This document shows, piece by piece, positions 59,567-64,000 of a stretch of 64,000 nt of DNA. The notes beneath the pieces are model-generated. The model saw nothing but the letters and a program-made list of their open reading frames with translations. It was not told where the DNA came from and searched no databases. The first letter of the stretch is position 1. Every line of letters begins with the position of its first letter. The DNA lies in NCBI GenBank assembly GCA_963783305.1, contig CAWAMW010000002.1, positions 64,001-128,000 of the forward strand, in the 5' to 3' direction. The position numbers and the translations under genes were made by a program. This stretch comes from an uncultured Gemmatimonadales bacterium (GTDB taxonomy: Bacteria > Gemmatimonadota > Gemmatimonadetes > Longimicrobiales > RSA9).

Positions 59567-60346
59567 ATGACGAACGGGAAGACCATGCCTGCGGCCGTGG
59601 CGGCGGCGTTCGTGTTCGCCTTTTCGCCGGTTTCGCTGCCGGCACAGGAGCAGCTCCCGCCCGCCGCGGAGATCATCGACCGCTATGTCGAAGCGATCGG
59701 TGGCCGCGATGCCGTCCTCGGGCACACGGGCAGCCACTCCACGGCGACCTTCAGCATGCCCATGGCCGGGATCGAAGCGGATATGGACGTCCTGTCCTCT
59801 ACCGAGCCGATCCGGTCGATCACCATCATAGAGATACCGGGAATCGGCACCATCCAGGAAGGATACACGGGTGAATACGCTTGGTCGATGGACCCGAACA
59901 TGGGACCGCGGCTCCTGGAGGGACGGGAGCTGGAGGCGGCCCGAGAGGGCGCGATGATAGGGGCAGGTCTGCGGGATCCGTCGCTGTTCACCGAGCGGAC
60001 GACCGCCGGCCGCACCGAGATGAACAACGAGGCATGCTACCGGGTGAAGCTGGTATGGAAGAGTGGCCGCGAGACCCACGACTGCTACAGCGTCGAGACG
60101 GGGCTGCTCGTGGCTGTGGAAGCTACACAGCCGACTCCGATGGGTGATATCCCGGTCGTTTCCCTCATGGGCGAGTACACGGAGTTCGGCGACGTCCTGA
60201 GCCCCACCCGCGTGGTCCAGCAGATGATGGGTCAGGAACAGGTGATTACGATCCACACGGTGGAGTACGGTGAGATCGACGAGGAAGGGTTCGCTCCGCC
60301 GGCGGCGATACAGACCCTGATAGAACAGAAAGAGTCGGGCGGCTGA
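59567..60346 (+). CDS. secreted hypothetical protein (LolA-like fold candidate)
   Basis: Signal peptide; EIIDRYVEAIGG...YSVETGLL pattern. Confidence 0.7.
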   Translation: MTNGKTMPAAVAAAFVFAFSPVSLPAQEQLPPAAEIIDRYVEAIGGRDAVLGHTGSHSTATFSMPMAGIEADMDVLSSTEPIRSITIIEIPGIGTIQEGYTGEYAWSMDPNMGPRLLEGRELEAAREGAMIGAGLRDPSLFTERTTAGRTEMNNEACYRVKLVWKSGRETHDCYSVETGLLVAVEATQPTPMGDIPVVSLMGEYTEFGDVLSPTRVVQQMMGQEQVITIHTVEYGEIDEEGFAPPAAIQTLIEQKESGG

Positions 60347-60799
60347 CGTGCCAGGCCGGCCCCGGCCGTCGAGGCAGGGGCCGGCCGACGCGCTCGACCC
60401 ACGGTAACGACCGCCCGTCCCCCCCGCGGCGCCAGCTCCACTTTCACCCATCCCTGTTCCTGACGGTCGAAACGACTCGAACGCCGAGATGGCATCCTCG
60501 AGGGGCTCGAGCTCGACCACGTGCGGGATATACGTCCGATGACGGCAGTTTTTTCGTAGGTGCTTCAGCCCCCTGCCTTGGCTCCGCGCGCCGGGGGGCA
60601 GACGCCGGCCGGCAGGGCGCAAGATCTATCGAGAGCGTGCAATAGATTGCCGGATTCGCGATCGGTGTGGTGCGGTGCCTGTCTCGCAACTCGTTTATTG
60701 ACAACACATTGTCTCCCAAGAGCCGGCTGCGGAACAACGGTTGCCCCTGATACTCTCGTTCCGAGGCCACTTCCATGCCTATCTCGGTGCACTTCTCAC

Positions 60800-61882
60800 A
60801 TGGGACCCTACAAGAGCGCACCACCCCTGGTGCTCCTCGCCACTGATGAGGCGCGGCCGGCTCAACTCGTGCCGGGGTTGACTACAGTCGGCGCGGAAGT
60901 GAGGCACCTGAGTCCGGACTGGGCGAGGGAGCCGGCTATCGGTGCGCCGGACGACCTTGCAGCGGCGGAGGTCCTCGTGCTTCACCTCGAGGAGCCTGAA
61001 GCGGACGACGTCGCTAGTCTGGTGGCTTCGCTCAAAGCCCGGAGCTCCGCACCCATCCTCGCGCTCCTCGGCGCCTCTACGCTGCGTACGCGGGAACGGG
61101 TGCTGGAGGCCGGCGCGGCAGACGTGGTGGCCGGACCATGCTCCGAGAGGGAGCTCCGGCTGCGGGTGGCCCGCCTGCTGGAGTCACGGGCAGCCATTCG
61201 ACAACTCGAGCACAGGGCGCGGGAGCTGGAGTTGACGGTGGAGAAGCGGGATGCCGAACTCGAGGACGCCCGGGTTCAGATCCTGGAACGGCTGGCCCGG
61301 GCGGCCGAGTATCGGGACGACGAGACGGGGGAGCACACGCGCCGGGTGGGAGCTCTTGCGGCAGCGCTCGCCGAGGGCGTAGGAATGCCGGCCGAGGAGG
61401 TTACGCTGATCGAACGGGCGGCGCCGCTACACGACGTAGGGAAGATTGGCGTGCCCGATGGCATCCTGCTCAAGCCGGGACGGCTGAGTCAGAAAGAGAT
61501 GGAGGTCATGCAGGCGCACACCGGTATCGGCGCCCGGATGCTCTCGGGGACCGACATCCGGCTCCTCAACCTGGCCGCGACCATCGCCTTCACACACCAT
61601 GAGCACTGGGATGGAAACGGATATCCCGAGGGGATGCGCGGCAATGATATACCACTGCCGGGGCGCCTTGTCGCTGTAGCGGATGTGTTCGATGCATTGA
61701 CCACGAAACGGCCCTATAAGCGGGCCTGGCCTCTGGAGGAAGCTGTGGCGGAGCTGGAGGCGCAACGCGGGCGGCACCTGGATCCCGACATCACCGACAT
61801 CGCTCTGTCACTGGTCCTCCGGGATGCACTGCCGGATCCGATACGCGAGCACGTGCGGACTGCCGGAGGATGGGAGAGCTGA
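60800..61882 (+). CDS. HD-GYP c-di-GMP phosphodiesterase with degenerate REC domain
   Basis: AEYRDDETGEH, LHDVGKIG, HHEHWDGNGYP, ADVFDAL..RPYK. Confidence 0.92.
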   Translation: MGPYKSAPPLVLLATDEARPAQLVPGLTTVGAEVRHLSPDWAREPAIGAPDDLAAAEVLVLHLEEPEADDVASLVASLKARSSAPILALLGASTLRTRERVLEAGAADVVAGPCSERELRLRVARLLESRAAIRQLEHRARELELTVEKRDAELEDARVQILERLARAAEYRDDETGEHTRRVGALAAALAEGVGMPAEEVTLIERAAPLHDVGKIGVPDGILLKPGRLSQKEMEVMQAHTGIGARMLSGTDIRLLNLAATIAFTHHEHWDGNGYPEGMRGNDIPLPGRLVAVADVFDALTTKRPYKRAWPLEEAVAELEAQRGRHLDPDITDIALSLVLRDALPDPIREHVRTAGGWES

Positions 61883-63057
61883 TGTCAACCGCCGAGAGCC
61901 GGATCTTCCCAAAGGTCGACCAGGAGGATGCTGAGCGCTACAGAACGCTGTTCGATGCCTCCATGGACGCGGTTTACCTGTCCCGCGATGACGGCCGTAT
62001 CCTCAGGGTCAACCCCGCCTTCCAACAGCTGTTCGGCTACAGCAGCGAAGAGCTCAGCCGTGTTTCGGCCGAAGCGCTGTACGCCACCCCGTCCGATCGA
62101 GCCCGGTTCCGCATCTCCATTACGGAGCAGGGCGCCGTCAAGGATTTCGAGACGCGACTCCGCGCTCGTGATGGGACCATCCGCACCTGCCTGATCACCG
62201 CCACCGCACGAAGTGCCGATGACGGCACCACGGAATTCCAGGGCATTATCCGTGACGTCACGCAGCGGCGTCTCGAGCAGGCGGAGCTCGCGCGCACCGA
62301 GAAAGCTTTGCGGCGCTCGAACGCGGAGCTGGAGCAGTTCGCCTACGTGGCCTCCCACGACCTGCAGGAGCCGCTTCGGAAGATACGGGCGTTCGGGGAC
62401 CGGCTCTCCACTATGGCAGCCGGTAGTCTGGACGATCGTGCCGCCGACTACCTGGCGCGCATGATCTCGGCCGCAACGCGAATGCAGACGCTGATCGAGA
62501 ACCTGCTCCTCTACTCGAGGGTGGCCTCGCGCGGGGCCGAGTTCGAGTCGGTCGATCTGAATGACGTCCTCGCGGATGTGCTCAATGATCTGGAGTCGCA
62601 GGTGGCGCACAGCGGAGCCCGGGTCCACGCCGACGAGCTGCCGGAGCTGGAGGCGGACAGGATGCAGATGCACCAGCTCCTTCAGAATCTCCTCTCCAAC
62701 GCCATCAAGTATGGGCCCACCGACGGCACAGCCACTGTGGAGGTCGGCTGCGCGCTCCTGGACTGCAAAGGCGCCACGCTCGGACCCGAGCAGTCGGGGG
62801 AGGCAGTGGCCACGCGGCTCACGGTGACCGATAACGGCATCGGGTTCGAGCAGGAGTACGCCCAGCGCATCTTCGAGCTGTTCCAGCGGCTGCACGGACG
62901 CGCCGACTACGAGGGAACCGGCATTGGCCTCGGTATCTGCCGCAGGATCGTCCTCCGGCACCGGGGTGAGATCGGGGCGGCAGGGCACCCTGGAGAGGGT
63001 GCGACATTCACGGTGGTCTTGCCTCTGAGACAGGAAGGAACCAGCCACGATGACTAG
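61882..63057 (+). CDS. PAS-domain sensor histidine kinase (Cph1-like kinase subfamily)
   Basis: RSNAELEQFAYVASHDLQEPLRK, NAIKY, DNGIGF, GTGIGL. Confidence 0.95.
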   Translation: MSTAESRIFPKVDQEDAERYRTLFDASMDAVYLSRDDGRILRVNPAFQQLFGYSSEELSRVSAEALYATPSDRARFRISITEQGAVKDFETRLRARDGTIRTCLITATARSADDGTTEFQGIIRDVTQRRLEQAELARTEKALRRSNAELEQFAYVASHDLQEPLRKIRAFGDRLSTMAAGSLDDRAADYLARMISAATRMQTLIENLLLYSRVASRGAEFESVDLNDVLADVLNDLESQVAHSGARVHADELPELEADRMQMHQLLQNLLSNAIKYGPTDGTATVEVGCALLDCKGATLGPEQSGEAVATRLTVTDNGIGFEQEYAQRIFELFQRLHGRADYEGTGIGLGICRRIVLRHRGEIGAAGHPGEGATFTVVLPLRQEGTSHDD

Positions 63058-63508
63058 CTCCACCACGACCAGCGTCCCCATCCTCATCGCGGATGACGAC
63101 GAGGAAGACCGCATGCTGGCGCGGGAAGCGCTGGAGGAGTCACGCCTGGCGAACGAGATGTTCTTCGTCGAGGATGGCGTGGACCTCCTGGACTTCCTCC
63201 ATCATCGCGGCGCCTACTCCGATCGGGGCTCGGCCCCGCGTCCCGGCCTGATTCTGCTGGACATCAACATGCCGCGAATGTCCGGCCTCGAGGCCTTGCG
63301 GGAAATCAAGGCCGACCCGAGCCTGCGCCAGATCCCTGTCGTGATCCTCACGACATCCCGAGCGGACGAAGACATACTCCGGAGCTATGATCTCGGCGTG
63401 AACTCCTTCATCTCGAAGCCGGTCACCTTCAGTGGGCTGGTAGACGTCATGCGGGCCCTGGGAACGTACTGGTTCGAGTTGGTGGCCCTCGCTCCCAACC
63501 GTGAGTGA
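63050..63508 (+). CDS. response regulator (Rcp1-like)
   Basis: ILIADDD, LILLDINMP, ILTTS, YDLGVNSFISKP. Confidence 0.95.
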   Translation: MTSSTTTSVPILIADDDEEDRMLAREALEESRLANEMFFVEDGVDLLDFLHHRGAYSDRGSAPRPGLILLDINMPRMSGLEALREIKADPSLRQIPVVILTTSRADEDILRSYDLGVNSFISKPVTFSGLVDVMRALGTYWFELVALAPNRE

Positions 63509-63509
63509 C

Positions 63510-64000
63510 ATGGACATGAATCCCCTCAAAGTCCTCATCATAGAAGACGACGAGGATGACTACATCCTGACTCGCGACCTCCTCTACGATATCGATCACA
63601 TGGAGATCGACATCCGCTGGGAGACCACGTACGAGGGTGGCCTCGCCGTGCTCCAGCTGGGCGACTACGATGTCTGCCTGGTCGACTATCGGCTCGGCCC
63701 TCGAGACGGCATGTCGCTGGTCCGCGAGGTGCGGCCGGAAACGCTGCAGACCCCGATCATCTTCCTCACGGGCCAGGATAGCCGCGACCTCGATGTCAAG
63801 GCAATGCAGGCCGGCGCCGCAGACTACCTCGTCAAGGGAACCGTGACAGCTCCGCTCCTGGAGCGATCCATCCGATACGCCATCCAGCGACAGCGGCTCC
63901 TGCAGGAGATGCACCGGCGGGCGCTGGTCGATCAGCTCACTGGGCTACTGAACCGGCGGGGCTTCGAGGAGCAGGCGGCGCGGCAGATCCGGCTGGCCAA
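63510..64000 (+). CDS. REC-GGDEF diguanylate cyclase, partial (runs off the window)
   Basis: LKVLIIEDDEDD...LVDYRLG...AADYLVK...LVDQLTGLLNRRGF; missing from the ORF track because there is no stop. Confidence 0.85.
   Translation, partial: MDMNPLKVLIIEDDEDDYILTRDLLYDIDHMEIDIRWETTYEGGLAVLQLGDYDVCLVDYRLGPRDGMSLVREVRPETLQTPIIFLTGQDSRDLDVKAMQAGAADYLVKGTVTAPLLERSIRYAIQRQRLLQEMHRRALVDQLTGLLNRRGFEEQAARQIRLA

Overview
GC-rich bacterial chromosome segment. The gene content (PadR plus ADOP-type ABC permeases, BlaI plus an M56-TonB fusion, KdtA) suggests a diderm such as Gemmatimonadota, but this is inference. The window holds a complete histidine operon (hisG, fused hisD-hisC, hisH, hisA, hisB, hisF, hisN, hisIE) behind a His6 leader-peptide attenuator. 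It also holds leuS followed by a 19-gene tRNA array with no rRNA and no encoded CCA ends, a separate tRNA-Ser(CGA), an MTA/5'-deoxyadenosine salvage cluster (mtnA, class II aldolase, phosphorylase, deaminase), SCO/PCuAC copper chaperones, moaD/moeB-like genes, an orphan DNA methyltransferase and several c-di-GMP or two-component genes. The most unusual items are: (1) a four-helix-bundle (23S-IVP/Avd-like) gene inserted antisense and bracketed by two mutually inverted arrays of a 21-23 bp repeat; (2) a highly structured ~190 nt terminated RNA candidate divergent from a TetR gene and its operators; (3) two dispersed CTGTAAT heptamer arrays; (4) a diverged duplicate 3' end of the SpoIID gene flanking an ECF sigma cassette. 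No CRISPR array, integrase or transposase was found. Product names come from reading motifs by eye, not from database searches.
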